DNA of 64,000 bases from a phage. How positions within the stretch are numbered: position 1 is the stretch's first letter; each line of letters begins with the position of its first letter. The stretch lies in sequence record PZ452602.1, one strand, 5' to 3'. The position numbers and the translations under genes are program-made. The notes below the pieces were generated by a model that saw nothing but the letters and a program-made list of their open reading frames with translations, had not been told where the DNA came from and did not search any database. Positions 9,302 through 18,533 of this stretch are shown here, in pieces.

Positions 9302-11479
9302 TTAGGCCGCAAGGGCCTTCATAGTTTTAGCGATTTGGGAAACTTCATCATCACTTAAAGAGTTGCGATATCCGATGAAGTCGGAAACAATACGGAATTT
9401 CTTGGTAAACTCAGCAACCATTTTATCACTGTTTTTTGAAGCATTATTTGATAATACATCAAAAAGATTAGTTACTGTCCAGATATCATGACCGATGGTA
9501 TCTTTTCCACCATTAAAATATACACCGCGCAATGAACTAACTATATTAGCGAGTCGTGTATATTCTTCAGAAACTTCATCTGTACTGAAGTACTTCATCA
9601 TAAAATCTAGCTCAGGATACTTGATAATTTTATCAATATATCGTTGAGCTGAACTTGAATAACCTACATACTTATCATAATCTACATCATCAAAAGCATC
9701 TATATATAAATCACGCAAAGCTTCAAAAATACATTGGCACTGACCGAGTTCTTTTACCTTTTTCTGTAAAAGCGGACGAATAACATAAAATTCATTAATG
9801 CCAATAAGATTAGCCATACGAATCAAAATATTCATAGATGGATGACAAAGAGATGTAGTACCATCCATAGAGAAAATATCAGAACGATGCATATACGCTA
9901 CATAACCAGTAATTTCATCTGCTTCTGACGTAAGTGTAAATAGTTCCTCTTTTTCCCATCGCCCATCTTTAATTTCAAATTTAAATGCTGTAGCAGCTTT
10001 AGGACGAGGAGCTTTACTTTTAACTACCTTTGGAATATAGCTTTTAACTAAAGTTTCAATTTCTGACAAATAATGAATGTTAACTTCATCACTTTCAAAC
10101 ATTGCCATAATATCAGGTAGTAAATCAATCTGCGATTCTACTTCCGGATTAATAAACAGAAGACGCTCATTGTGATGAATATTCAAAGTGTTATTAAATT
10201 CACTATCATCTAACGCGTGTGCTAATCCACGGACAATATTAACACGATTTTTAATATTATCAATAACGATATTAATTTTTGTTGTATTAATACCAAACAG
10301 ACGATAACTTGATGCAACGGCTGAAGTTTCATGACTTTGCTTAATGCGTTTCAGTCGAGGGTCAAGATTTACTTCATACACCACGCCTGCATTACATAAC
10401 TTACTGTCAGGTTCAAACATGCTCTGCATCTTTTTATATGACAGATTTTTAGTCGTGAATTTGACTGAATTACTAATCATATAATCTCGAGCAGAATACC
10501 CCATCTTCATCAATTCACGATATGTGTGACGGGGAGATGTAGATTCTTTAAATCGTTTTACATCTTCATTAAATGCTTTCTCACTAAGCTCTTTAACTCG
10601 TTCAATAATATTTTTACGAGTACGATCATCCAATGAAAGAGCTTCACGTGATGGAGCAATATCAAGTGAACCCATTGGAAACTTAATGTAATTCACTTCA
10701 TTGCGAATGCTTAGCCAATTACGGTCTCTAATAACACCATCGATAGGATAAACAATACCGCCATAGATAGCATATAATCCACCACGATCAGGCCAGTATC
10801 TTTCTGGATTTACACCGTAATAATCATCAAAATCCGGAAAATAATCAATTTCACGGTCAAGACCATTAATAATAGCCAAATCTTTGAACGGTCGCATGAT
10901 ATAAGAAACTTCATAAGCAAAGTTTCTAAAGTCTTTTTCTTCAACTGGAACTACGATTTCAATACCAGTTTTATCATCTGGACCCATTTCTTTTACGAAT
11001 GTAGGTTTAATCTGTGGACCATCACCATCCATGTAAGCTACATAACCACGAATTTTACCTTTATGATACGAAGTAATACTAAACGTATCAGTATAACTAA
11101 ACGGAGATTTAGAACCTAAACCAAATCCGCCAATGAAATCGTTAGATTCAGCCTTAGATGAACTGAAGTATGAATTATACAAACCAGGAGAATTATCATC
11201 ACCCTGAATATCAAAATCACTCATACCCGGACCAAAATCTCGGCAAACAAATCGTGGATCTAAACGTCCAGGAACTTGAATGATAAATTTTTCAGGATTT
11301 CTATTGAGAGCATGGGCATCAATCATGTTGGTAATCAATTCACGAACAACTGCGCGAATCTTGTTTGTATACAAATCAGATGACAGAATTTTAAATACTT
11401 TAGGAGATGCTGTGATGCTAAATGCTTTTGATTTAGAACCATTACCAAGAATTGTTTCTTTTTCAGTGGTGATAATCAT
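9302..11479 (-). CDS. rIIA: rIIA protein (GHKL ATPase-like N-terminus)
   Basis: 725 aa as recalled for T4 rIIA; N-terminal ATPase-like motif [10 protein letters not shown]. Confidence 0.95.
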   Translation of the reverse strand: MIITTEKETILGNGSKSKAFSITASPKVFKILSSDLYTNKIRAVVRELITNMIDAHALNRNPEKFIIQVPGRLDPRFVCRDFGPGMSDFDIQGDDNSPGLYNSYFSSSKAESNDFIGGFGLGSKSPFSYTDTFSITSYHKGKIRGYVAYMDGDGPQIKPTFVKEMGPDDKTGIEIVVPVEEKDFRNFAYEVSYIMRPFKDLAIINGLDREIDYFPDFDDYYGVNPERYWPDRGGLYAIYGGIVYPIDGVIRDRNWLSIRNEVNYIKFPMGSLDIAPSREALSLDDRTRKNIIERVKELSEKAFNEDVKRFKESTSPRHTYRELMKMGYSARDYMISNSVKFTTKNLSYKKMQSMFEPDSKLCNAGVVYEVNLDPRLKRIKQSHETSAVASSYRLFGINTTKINIVIDNIKNRVNIVRGLAHALDDSEFNNTLNIHHNERLLFINPEVESQIDLLPDIMAMFESDEVNIHYLSEIETLVKSYIPKVVKSKAPRPKAATAFKFEIKDGRWEKEELFTLTSEADEITGYVAYMHRSDIFSMDGTTSLCHPSMNILIRMANLIGINEFYVIRPLLQKKVKELGQCQCIFEALRDLYIDAFDDVDYDKYVGYSSSAQRYIDKIIKYPELDFMMKYFSTDEVSEEYTRLANIVSSLRGVYFNGGKDTIGHDIWTVTNLFDVLSNNASKNSDKMVAEFTKKFRIVSDFIGYRNSLSDDEVSQIAKTMKALAA

Positions 11480-11489
11480 AATTTCCTCA

Positions 11490-11693
11490 TTAATTCATAT
11501 TACGCTTAATAACTTCAGCAACTTCTAGTAGTTCGTCTTTAGTTGCGGTGTCGGATTGAATTTTATCTCTAATATCTTTAAAGCGGTTTTTAAATTCTTC
11601 GGCTTCTCCCATATCGAAAAAGCGTTGAATGATTCTATATTCTCGATGAACTGCTTTATCAAAAAGTTCTAAATTTACTTTATATGATTTCAT
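11490..11693 (-). CDS. hypothetical small protein (rIIA.1 position)
   Basis: 67-aa ORF between gene 39 and rIIA. Confidence 0.6.
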   Translation of the reverse strand: MKSYKVNLELFDKAVHREYRIIQRFFDMGEAEEFKNRFKDIRDKIQSDTATKDELLEVAEVIKRNMN

Positions 11694-11713
11694 TCCAATA
11701 TCCTCATTTGCCC

Positions 11714-11751
11714 AATTAATTATACCACATCCTTGTGGTAAAGTAAACTAC
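11714..11751 (-). promoter_or_regulatory. T4-type early promoter (GTTTAC-N18-TATAAT) overlapping gene 39 stop
   Basis: Minus strand GTAGTTTACTTTACCACAAGGATGTGGTATAAT. Confidence 0.7.
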
Positions 11752-13568
11752 TGGCTCATCCATTCTTTACGAAGGTCAGCATTATCTCCCATGAGCATTT
11801 CAAAAAGCTCTTTCCAGTTCTCAGGAAGTTTAACAACATCATATACTGGATTTTGAATCATCTCACGATATTCAGATTTTTCCAAAGAGCCAAGTCCCTT
11901 AATATAACGGATGCTATGTTTAGGTAGAGCATCTTTAGCACTCTCATATTCAGCGACTGTATAAAACCATTCTTGTTTTTTACCGACCTGAGCGATGATT
12001 ACAGGAGTTTTGACAAAGCGAATTCGTCCTTGCTCAAACAGTTCTGGCCAATTACTAAAAAATCCAAGAAGAGAAGGATAAATGCTTCCTAAACCATCAT
12101 GGTCAGCATCGGTCATAATAGCAATATTATGATAATTCAAGTTTTCAGCTTTTTCACCAAGAACTAATCCAGTGATTGCGCAAATATCAAATAGTTCTTT
12201 GTTTTTAAGCATATCGGCATATGACATACCCCAGCTATTAAGAACTTTACCGCGCAATGGATAACCACCATGAAGTTCTTTATCACGAACATCAATAAGA
12301 TATCCGATAGCAGAATCACCCTCAGTCAAGAAAAGAGTAGTATCAGCATCTTTACCACAAAGATTCGCTTTAATATGTTTATGAACCTTAGCTTTAGAAG
12401 CCTTTTTAGCTGCTTTAGTTTCTGCTGCTTTTTCTGCCGCTAATTTACGAGCCAAGGCAGCTTCAATAATTGGCATTAAAATTGCTTCATTGTTTAAAAT
12501 AGCGCGTGAAATCTTTTTAGCATCAAGTTGAATATGACTACGAATTTCACCAAATGGAGAAGTCAAACGCTCTTTAGTTTGAGAATCAAATCGCATGTTT
12601 TTCATATCACGAACAAACATAACGATAGTCAAACATTCTTTAACACGTGCTTTAGTTACATCAATTTTGAACTTACGTTTGATTTGTGGAATAAGGTCTT
12701 CACAAATATCATCCATAACACAGTCAATGTGATGGCCACCATTCTTAGTATGAATATTATTGACGTACGTCAACTGACGAAAACCATCCGGTGAACGACC
12801 AACCGCAATAGAACAATTTTCTTGTTCTTGAACGATAGCATGTTCATCATACTGTCGTGCGTATTTCTTAAAATTGCCCTGAACCTTTTTACCATTAAAG
12901 GTAAATTGAATATCAGGATAAACAACAGCAAGTGTCTGGAGACGATCTAATGTAATGTCAAGATAAACTTGGGACAGCTCATTAGTTTCAAATGACATAA
13001 AATCAGGAATGAAAGTAACACGAGTTCCTTTCCATTTTCCAGGAATATCTTCCCATGATTTATTTTCCATGCCATTTGAACAACGAACTACAATATTATT
13101 TTGACCATCACCAGTTTCACCAACAAACATCACAGAAAAAATGTTTGTCAAACTAGAACCAACACCGTTCATACCGCCAGTGACGCGTTCTTTATCATCA
13201 CCGAAGTTACCACCTGCTTTTGGAATAGTCCATGCGGCAACAGGACCAGGAATTTCTTCACCGGTAGGTGTTTTAACCATCGCTTGTGGAATACCGCGAC
13301 CGTTATCTTCAACTGTTACTTGATTGTTTTTAATAGTAACATTAATTTTATTTGCGAATTTAAACTTAGTACGAATACCTTCATCTACTGAGTTATCGAT
13401 AATTTCATCAATAAGCTTAACAAGACCAGGTACATACTGAACACTTTCCCATTTACCAAACAGAAAGCGCTCATGCATTTCATTAGCAGAAGAGCCAATA
13501 TACATGCCGCTACGCTTTTTGATATGTTCAATATCGCTCAGAATTTTAATTTCATTCTTAATCATCAC
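11748..13568 (-). CDS. 39: DNA topoisomerase II large subunit (GyrB-like), uninterrupted gp39+gp60 equivalent
   Basis: 606 aa; GHKL ATPase N-terminus (IDNSVDEG, NGRGIP) and TOPRIM region (LTEGDSA); T4 has this split into 39 and 60. Confidence 0.93.
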   Translation of the reverse strand: MMIKNEIKILSDIEHIKKRSGMYIGSSANEMHERFLFGKWESVQYVPGLVKLIDEIIDNSVDEGIRTKFKFANKINVTIKNNQVTVEDNGRGIPQAMVKTPTGEEIPGPVAAWTIPKAGGNFGDDKERVTGGMNGVGSSLTNIFSVMFVGETGDGQNNIVVRCSNGMENKSWEDIPGKWKGTRVTFIPDFMSFETNELSQVYLDITLDRLQTLAVVYPDIQFTFNGKKVQGNFKKYARQYDEHAIVQEQENCSIAVGRSPDGFRQLTYVNNIHTKNGGHHIDCVMDDICEDLIPQIKRKFKIDVTKARVKECLTIVMFVRDMKNMRFDSQTKERLTSPFGEIRSHIQLDAKKISRAILNNEAILMPIIEAALARKLAAEKAAETKAAKKASKAKVHKHIKANLCGKDADTTLFLTEGDSAIGYLIDVRDKELHGGYPLRGKVLNSWGMSYADMLKNKELFDICAITGLVLGEKAENLNYHNIAIMTDADHDGLGSIYPSLLGFFSNWPELFEQGRIRFVKTPVIIAQVGKKQEWFYTVAEYESAKDALPKHSIRYIKGLGSLEKSEYREMIQNPVYDVVKLPENWKELFEMLMGDNADLRKEWMSQ

Positions 13569-13592
13569 TTATCCTCGTTTGGTTTCGGGAAT

Positions 13593-13616
13593 ATTATACT
13601 CCGGTAATCATAAAGC
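13593..13616 (-). promoter_or_regulatory. candidate MotA-dependent middle promoter (aGCTTTA-N12-TATAAT)
   Basis: Minus strand AGCTTTATGATTACCGGAGTATAAT about 25 nt upstream of gene 39 ATG. Confidence 0.45.
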
Positions 13617-13640
13617 TAAAGGCCCGAAGGCCTTTTATTT
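13615..13640 (-). terminator. hairpin AAAGGCC-UUCG-GGCCUUU plus U-rich tail
   Basis: + strand aaaGGCCCGAAGGCCttttattt, downstream of lipoprotein ORF. Confidence 0.55.
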
Positions 13641-13904
13641 AAAACGGATAGTCGAATCTTTGAAGAATAGACCAGAACATACTGTTCCTTCTACTTTCTG
13701 CCCGGTAGGTCCAACAGCACGAAATCCAGTATGTTGGAAATCATTTTCAGAACAACCGAACCAATTATATCCAGTGATTTCAATATTAGTAAAACCACTT
13801 GAAGACAAAACTTTGGTTGCATTATCAGCATCAGTACATCCTACTAAAGACACTGCTAATACTAATGCTGCAATAGAACGATTAATATATTTCATAATTT
13901 TCAC
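13635..13904 (-). CDS. putative lipoprotein
   Basis: 89 aa; signal peptide with lipobox LVGC. Confidence 0.6.
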   Translation of the reverse strand: MKIMKYINRSIAALVLAVSLVGCTDADNATKVLSSSGFTNIEITGYNWFGCSENDFQHTGFRAVGPTGQKVEGTVCSGLFFKDSTIRFK

Positions 13905-14272
13905 TTAAATTTAATGGCTTGAAGAAGACTAATAATTCTCAAGCGACTTCTTTCATCTTTAACTGTAAAAGAAAGAGGGTCACCAGATTTCATAGTAATA
14001 GTACATTCAAAATCAAAATCTTCGGAAACTTCTTTGAAGAAGTCAAATTCTTCATCATAAATTAGAACATTACTCTGACAACTATGAAGAATTTTTCCAT
14101 CATTTCCAGATGCTGTACTAATCATTGTAACATTATGACCTTTCATATCTTCAATGATAAATTCACTAGTCAATATTACAGCATTAATAGAACTATTCCT
14201 ATTACTAGCAGAAAGTAGATATTTCTGTTCTTCACCTTCACGAATGCAATATTTCTTACCGATTTTAAACAT
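13901..14272 (-). CDS. hypothetical early protein
   Basis: 123-aa ORF, overlapping stop/start with neighbour. Confidence 0.55.
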   Translation of the reverse strand: MFKIGKKYCIREGEEQKYLLSASNRNSSINAVILTSEFIIEDMKGHNVTMISTASGNDGKILHSCQSNVLIYDEEFDFFKEVSEDFDFECTITMKSGDPLSFTVKDERSRLRIISLLQAIKFK

Positions 14273-14274
14273 AA

Positions 14275-14451
14275 TTACCCTTTAAGTAAGTCGTAAAAAC
14301 CACCATTCACATGCTTAGGAGCAGAAGGCCGACGAGTAGACAAACGATGACATTTAGGGCAAACATCATTTTCTCGTTCAGAAATCTTTTTAATTTTTTC
14401 ATATTCATGCCCGCAATCTTCGGATTGGCATTTATAATCATACATTGGCAT
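14275..14451 (-). CDS. small zinc-ribbon protein (58 aa)
   Basis: Hand-read ORF MPMYDYKCQSEDCGHEYE...CPKCHR; two CxxC pairs; below track threshold. Confidence 0.5.
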   Translation of the reverse strand: MPMYDYKCQSEDCGHEYEKIKKISERENDVCPKCHRLSTRRPSAPKHVNGGFYDLLKG

Positions 14452-14453
14452 AA

Positions 14454-14879
14454 TTATTCCTTAAAGTGTGCTTTCAGCATTTGATACAAGGACCATGCCT
14501 GTTCATTATTTTCAATAGTAACTTTCATGACAGGAAATTCTGTGAAATCTTCTATTTGTTCTTGCTCTTTCTCTTCCTGCTCTTGCTCTTCAGCTGCCTG
14601 ATATGGATTTTCCACTTCATCAAAGAACTCGGCTTCGTTAGTAGAGAGCCAGATAAAGTTTTCGTCAAGGATATCACCATGTGTTGCATATCCAATTGTG
14701 CCAGTAAATGACATAATTTTAGTAGGACGACCAAGATGGTCAACATCTAAAATTTTAAAAGGATGCATACCTAAACGTCGTGCATAAATTCCGTTATCAG
14801 TATGGTCTTTAATAAAAGCTTCTTGAGCTTGTTTATTTTTAAATTGATACCATTTATTAACTTCAAATTTAATAGCCAT
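14454..14879 (-). CDS. hypothetical early protein (goF position), acidic Glu-rich segment
   Basis: 141 aa; position after 39.x ORFs; assignment to goF is positional only. Confidence 0.5.
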   Translation of the reverse strand: MAIKFEVNKWYQFKNKQAQEAFIKDHTDNGIYARRLGMHPFKILDVDHLGRPTKIMSFTGTIGYATHGDILDENFIWLSTNEAEFFDEVENPYQAAEEQEQEEKEQEQIEDFTEFPVMKVTIENNEQAWSLYQMLKAHFKE

Positions 14880-15094
14880 TAATAAATTTCCTTCCAGTAA
14901 GTTGTGCCATCTTCAGTAATTTCACGAAATACACCGTAAATTGGTTGTTTATCACCAACCTTTTCATACACATAAACCGAAGTCAAGTGAGTAAACTTAA
15001 CGGTATGTTCCTTTTGAACCACTACCAAATCTGGATCAAATAATACATCTTCAAATTCGTCATTAGTGCAATTCTGAACAATTTTACGTTTCAT
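14879..15094 (-). CDS. hypothetical early protein (cef position)
   Basis: 71-aa ORF; positional only. Confidence 0.45.
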   Translation of the reverse strand: MKRKIVQNCTNDEFEDVLFDPDLVVVQKEHTVKFTHLTSVYVYEKVGDKQPIYGVFREITEDGTTYWKEIY

Positions 15095-15107
15095 TACAAT
15101 TTCCTCA

Positions 15108-15389
15108 TTAATTAAACATTGGAGCGATACGTTTCAGAAGAGTAGCAGCACCTTTAGCGAATTTTACATCATGAAAAACAGTTTCTTCTTCTGTAACAAC
15201 TCGAACTTTAATATTTTCACAATCCCAATTTTTACGAACAATCTTCAAAAGCTGCAGTAAATCTTTACATTCAGCAATATCGATAACACATCCACGAGAA
15301 TCTTCCATTATCGCACGATAACCGTAAGCCATACCATAATCGTTAAAAGATTGCTCGATGATAATTAAGTTTTCCATTTTATTCTCCAA
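15108..15389 (-). CDS. hypothetical early protein
   Basis: 93-aa ORF with GGAGAAT SD. Confidence 0.55.
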   Translation of the reverse strand: MENKMENLIIIEQSFNDYGMAYGYRAIMEDSRGCVIDIAECKDLLQLLKIVRKNWDCENIKVRVVTEEETVFHDVKFAKGAATLLKRIAPMFN

Positions 15390-15414
15390 GTTGTTTTCTG
15401 TATCAGTAGTTGAT

Positions 15415-15450
15415 ATTGATATAGTACCATAATCAACTACTGATGTATAT
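15415..15450 (-). promoter_or_regulatory. weak early-promoter-like element (-10 TACTAT, poor -35) within 12-bp inverted repeat
   Basis: tcagtagttgat ... atcaactactga inverted repeat flanking the -10. Confidence 0.3.
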
Positions 15451-15473
15451 AGTTTTATGAAAAAATTTAAACT

Positions 15474-15965
15474 TTATGCATAGCGAGCTTTGCTGTAGTG
15501 TTTAATCCAACTTTCAGGAATGACTTTGTATGTTCCTAAAAATACCGTGTTGTACAGCTTAACACCGTCTTCTACCCACTGATCGGTAATGTATGCGCAC
15601 ATAGCACGAGTACGGTTAACAACCCCTTCCTCACCTTCAGTAAATTCAAACTCATAAGGAGCAACGAACTTGATAGCTTGACCGAGTTTCCACTTAAAAT
15701 CTACACCTACATGCGAAGTATCAATCGTTTCAATTCCTTTAGCGGGAACAGCTTTCAAAAACGCAGGCTCAAGAAATTTCCATCGAACATAACCAAACTG
15801 AGGTTTAGACATTCCATCTTTAGGAATGATACGCACTTTTACTTCAGAATCTTCATCTTTAACACCATGTTTAAGCTGAATGCTTACAACTTCAACCAAT
15901 TTTCCTGCTGCCTTAGAACGGGATTTATCAGATACACGAGCAATTTCACCGATATTAATATTCAT
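15474..15965 (-). CDS. MotB-family protein (paralog 1)
   Basis: 163 aa; shares C-terminal motif TDQWVEDGVKLYNTV with the adjacent ORF; motB position. Confidence 0.55.
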   Translation of the reverse strand: MNINIGEIARVSDKSRSKAAGKLVEVVSIQLKHGVKDEDSEVKVRIIPKDGMSKPQFGYVRWKFLEPAFLKAVPAKGIETIDTSHVGVDFKWKLGQAIKFVAPYEFEFTEGEEGVVNRTRAMCAYITDQWVEDGVKLYNTVFLGTYKVIPESWIKHYSKARYA

Positions 15966-16038
15966 AATTATCTCTCACTTGTTAAAAAGATTTTATACTC
16001 CGCAGGACCATTATACTCTGGTCCCAAGAGTTTGTAAA

Positions 16039-16539
16039 CTAGCTTACACGAACATTAATCACTGCGCTGCGAGGAACTACGGAGTACTCTCCAGCATGAA
16101 CTACATTAAGAAGTTCAACGCCATCTTCAATCCACTGGTCAGTTACCCAACCGCCAATCGGATTCGCGAATGGACGACGAATATAAACTGCCTTACACAA
16201 CAAATCAGTCGGGTCTTCAATTTTTTCAACTGGCGTTACATACATAGAAACTAAATCCATATCAATATGGGATTTTTCTTGTTCTTCTTTTTCAATTTCT
16301 GTCAATAAATTGAAATCTTCTTCATAGATGATGAATGATGATACCCTTCCATAATAGTTTCTAATTTCCATGTACACTGTACCAATGAGAATTCCGCTAT
16401 TAACACTAATAACAGTAAAAGGATATCCGCCAGTTGTACCAAGAAGTTCCCAAAACTTGCTATCAGTCGTATTCGACATTGTCTGGAAATCAATGTCAGA
16501 TGGTTTTTTCATTTGATACGTAGTATTAATTTTAATCAT
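16039..16539 (-). CDS. MotB-family protein (paralog 2)
   Basis: 166 aa; C-terminal motif TDQWIEDGVELLNVV shared with paralog 1. Confidence 0.55.
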   Translation of the reverse strand: MIKINTTYQMKKPSDIDFQTMSNTTDSKFWELLGTTGGYPFTVISVNSGILIGTVYMEIRNYYGRVSSFIIYEEDFNLLTEIEKEEQEKSHIDMDLVSMYVTPVEKIEDPTDLLCKAVYIRRPFANPIGGWVTDQWIEDGVELLNVVHAGEYSVVPRSAVINVRVS

Positions 16540-16549
16540 AATTTTCTCT

Positions 16550-17054
16550 TTAGTCTAAGGTAATAAAGCCTTTTAGTTCGGCATGAGATTTGCGGAACAT
16601 TACTTGATGCCCGCCAACGATAACTTGGTCATCTGGTACTTCGTATACAGCAAGATAAAATCCTTTCGAAGCTAATTCTTCACGCTCTTCTCGTGTGAAC
16701 CATCTCATCATATCATATTCGCTAGCGAAAGCAAAATGATAAAGAGCTATAAACCATCCGGGAATATAATGATCTACGCCTACATATTCTTCTTTCTCAA
16801 AGTTAGTATTAATTGCTATATTAGCATTTTTAACTAATAATTTGTCTTCGTGCGGAAGAGGAATTCTTTTATTATCATTACTATGATGCATAAAATTAGG
16901 TCTGTCATAACCTACGTGTAATAACCACTCTTCGCTCCATGAATCTATTATACTCCTGTATGGCGTTATTTGAACACAAAGATCTCGACGTATTGTTATA
17001 GCATCTTCATAATTAAGAATACTAAACGATGATTCAACTCGATAAATTTTCATT
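16550..17054 (-). CDS. hypothetical early protein
   Basis: Track ORF trimmed to internal Met MKIYRVESS... after SD GAGGATAAT, because an early promoter lies in the extended 5' part. Confidence 0.5.
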
Positions 17055-17077
17055 TTATTATCCTCAGTAGCTATGGT

Positions 17078-17115
17078 GTTATAATACCACAACTAACCGA
17101 GGAAGTAAACAACTT
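17078..17115 (-). promoter_or_regulatory. T4-type early promoter (GTTTAC-N18-TATTAT)
   Basis: Minus strand GTTGTTTACTTCCTCGGTTAGTTGTGGTATTAT. Confidence 0.65.
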
Positions 17116-17116
17116 T

Positions 17117-17800
17117 TTATCGTTTAGTTGGAAGAGATAGAGGATCGCATTCTTCCTCTGATGGAGCGTCTTCAAGACCCATAGCATAGCGCAAAGCATA
17201 CTTCATCATCAGGATGTCTTTCGCACAGTCATGAATAGAATCATGTGCAACGAATCCATCTAAAGTTCCCTTTGGAAGAGGACATGTGGTCATATCACGA
17301 ACAAGTAGAAGTGCTTCAATTCTGGTACGAATATCACGCTGATTCCAGAATTTACACGGTTCTAACTTAAATGTATCAAGCTCATTCTCGGAAACGCCAT
17401 TAAGACGTTGAATATCGCGAATGAGATCGACTAAAATTGGAAAATCAAACGACATTCCACGGCACCAGCCTTGAGATTTCCAAGGATCGATATTATGTGC
17501 ATTGATGTAATCGTTGAATTTTGCAATACCATCAATGGTGCTTACATCTTCATCGGATGGTGCAATATTTTTTCGAGCTTCAGGAGACTGATTTTTCCAC
17601 CATTCGATAGTGCTTTTAGTAAAAAGACGATGTCCTTTTTGGCTTTTTAAATCAAATTTGATTTTAATGCCACGTGAAACTAATTCATCAAATGTTTCAA
17701 CAACTTCTGGGTTAGGGTCAAAGGCAATAACAGCCAAATCAATAACAGCTGCTTTTTCACCGCTTCCCATTGTTTCAAAATCTATAATAAAATCAAACAT
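17117..17800 (-). CDS. dexA: exonuclease A DexA (DEDD 3'-5' exonuclease)
   Basis: 227 aa as recalled for T4 DexA; N-terminal FDFIIDFETMG exonuclease motif. Confidence 0.9.
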   Translation of the reverse strand: MFDFIIDFETMGSGEKAAVIDLAVIAFDPNPEVVETFDELVSRGIKIKFDLKSQKGHRLFTKSTIEWWKNQSPEARKNIAPSDEDVSTIDGIAKFNDYINAHNIDPWKSQGWCRGMSFDFPILVDLIRDIQRLNGVSENELDTFKLEPCKFWNQRDIRTRIEALLLVRDMTTCPLPKGTLDGFVAHDSIHDCAKDILMMKYALRYAMGLEDAPSEEECDPLSLPTKR

Positions 17801-18057
17801 TAAATTTTCCTCGCTAAATCACGAATTTGACCTACAGTATAGTCTTGAATATAAACTTTATTAATAGGCTCATCAATAAATTTTGCCATAGATTCAATAT
17901 CTTTTTGTATCTCTTCAAGACTGTATACTATCTTTGAAGCTTTTTCGCGAATAGTAACATTATCAGGTCCTGGATTTTCTTGAATGACAGCTTTAACATT
18001 TGTCATAAGAGATTTAAACTGGTACCAACTCAACTCAATCATTAATAATCGCCTCAT
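17800..18057 (-). CDS. small hypothetical protein (paralog family)
   Basis: 85 aa; shares LEEIxxDIxxM motif with next ORF. Confidence 0.5.
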   Translation of the reverse strand: MRRLLMIELSWYQFKSLMTNVKAVIQENPGPDNVTIREKASKIVYSLEEIQKDIESMAKFIDEPINKVYIQDYTVGQIRDLARKI

Positions 18058-18295
18058 AAAGATAGCTAATTTCGCCTAAAACGTAATCATTGATTGTAAC
18101 AGTTTTCACTTCACCACAAAAGAATTCTAACGCAATTAAATCTCGTTCAATTTCTTCTAATTGAAGCATCAACTTACTAGATTCAATTTTTACAGTTTCA
18201 CGATTTTTACCATGAGCAATTTCATAAATTTCGCTAACTTTATCCTGAAGAAGATAAAACTGATCTTTAGTTATTTCCACGAATAGCTTCCTCAA
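18035..18295 (-). CDS. small hypothetical protein (paralog family)
   Basis: 86 aa; LQLEEIERDLIALE similar to SLEEIQKDIESMA of neighbour. Confidence 0.5.
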   Translation of the reverse strand: MRKLFVEITKDQFYLLQDKVSEIYEIAHGKNRETVKIESSKLMLQLEEIERDLIALEFFCGEVKTVTINDYVLGEISYLYEAIIND

Positions 18296-18527
18296 ATTTA
18301 ATTAGTAATTTACAGACACTTTCATCTAGTGTAATTACCGTATCTGTATTACTGTGATATGATTGTTTTTCAATTCGTTTAATTGCTAATATAGTATCAC
18401 TTATAAGATAAAGCTTATGAAGGAGCTCAGCTCCTGTTACCATAACATTAAGATTATCTTGCTTATTAGTATGCTTCCTTATACCATCTATTAGACGATT
18501 TAAATATTTTGAATTGATGTTAATCAT
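18267..18527 (-). CDS. small hypothetical protein
   Basis: 86-aa ORF upstream of the paralog pair. Confidence 0.45.
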   Translation of the reverse strand: MININSKYLNRLIDGIRKHTNKQDNLNVMVTGAELLHKLYLISDTILAIKRIEKQSYHSNTDTVITLDESVCKLLIKFEEAIRGNN

Positions 18528-18533
18528 ATAGCC

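Noticed and set aside
16302-16493. Minus-strand 63-aa ORF inside the MotB-like paralog 2 gene, and similar nested minus-strand ORFs (14552-14746, 25028-25264, 32738-32932, 35259-35444, 36465-36656, 42538-42801, 61768-61962, 8693-8911)
   Set aside because: Alternative-frame ORFs nested in longer, better-supported CDSs.
16550-17092. Full-length track ORF (180 aa) for the gene downstream of dexA
   Set aside because: By my hand count the first codon reads as a non-ATG start, and the 5' part overlaps the -10/-35 of an early promoter; the internal ATG with SD (MKIYRV...) is the more plausible start.
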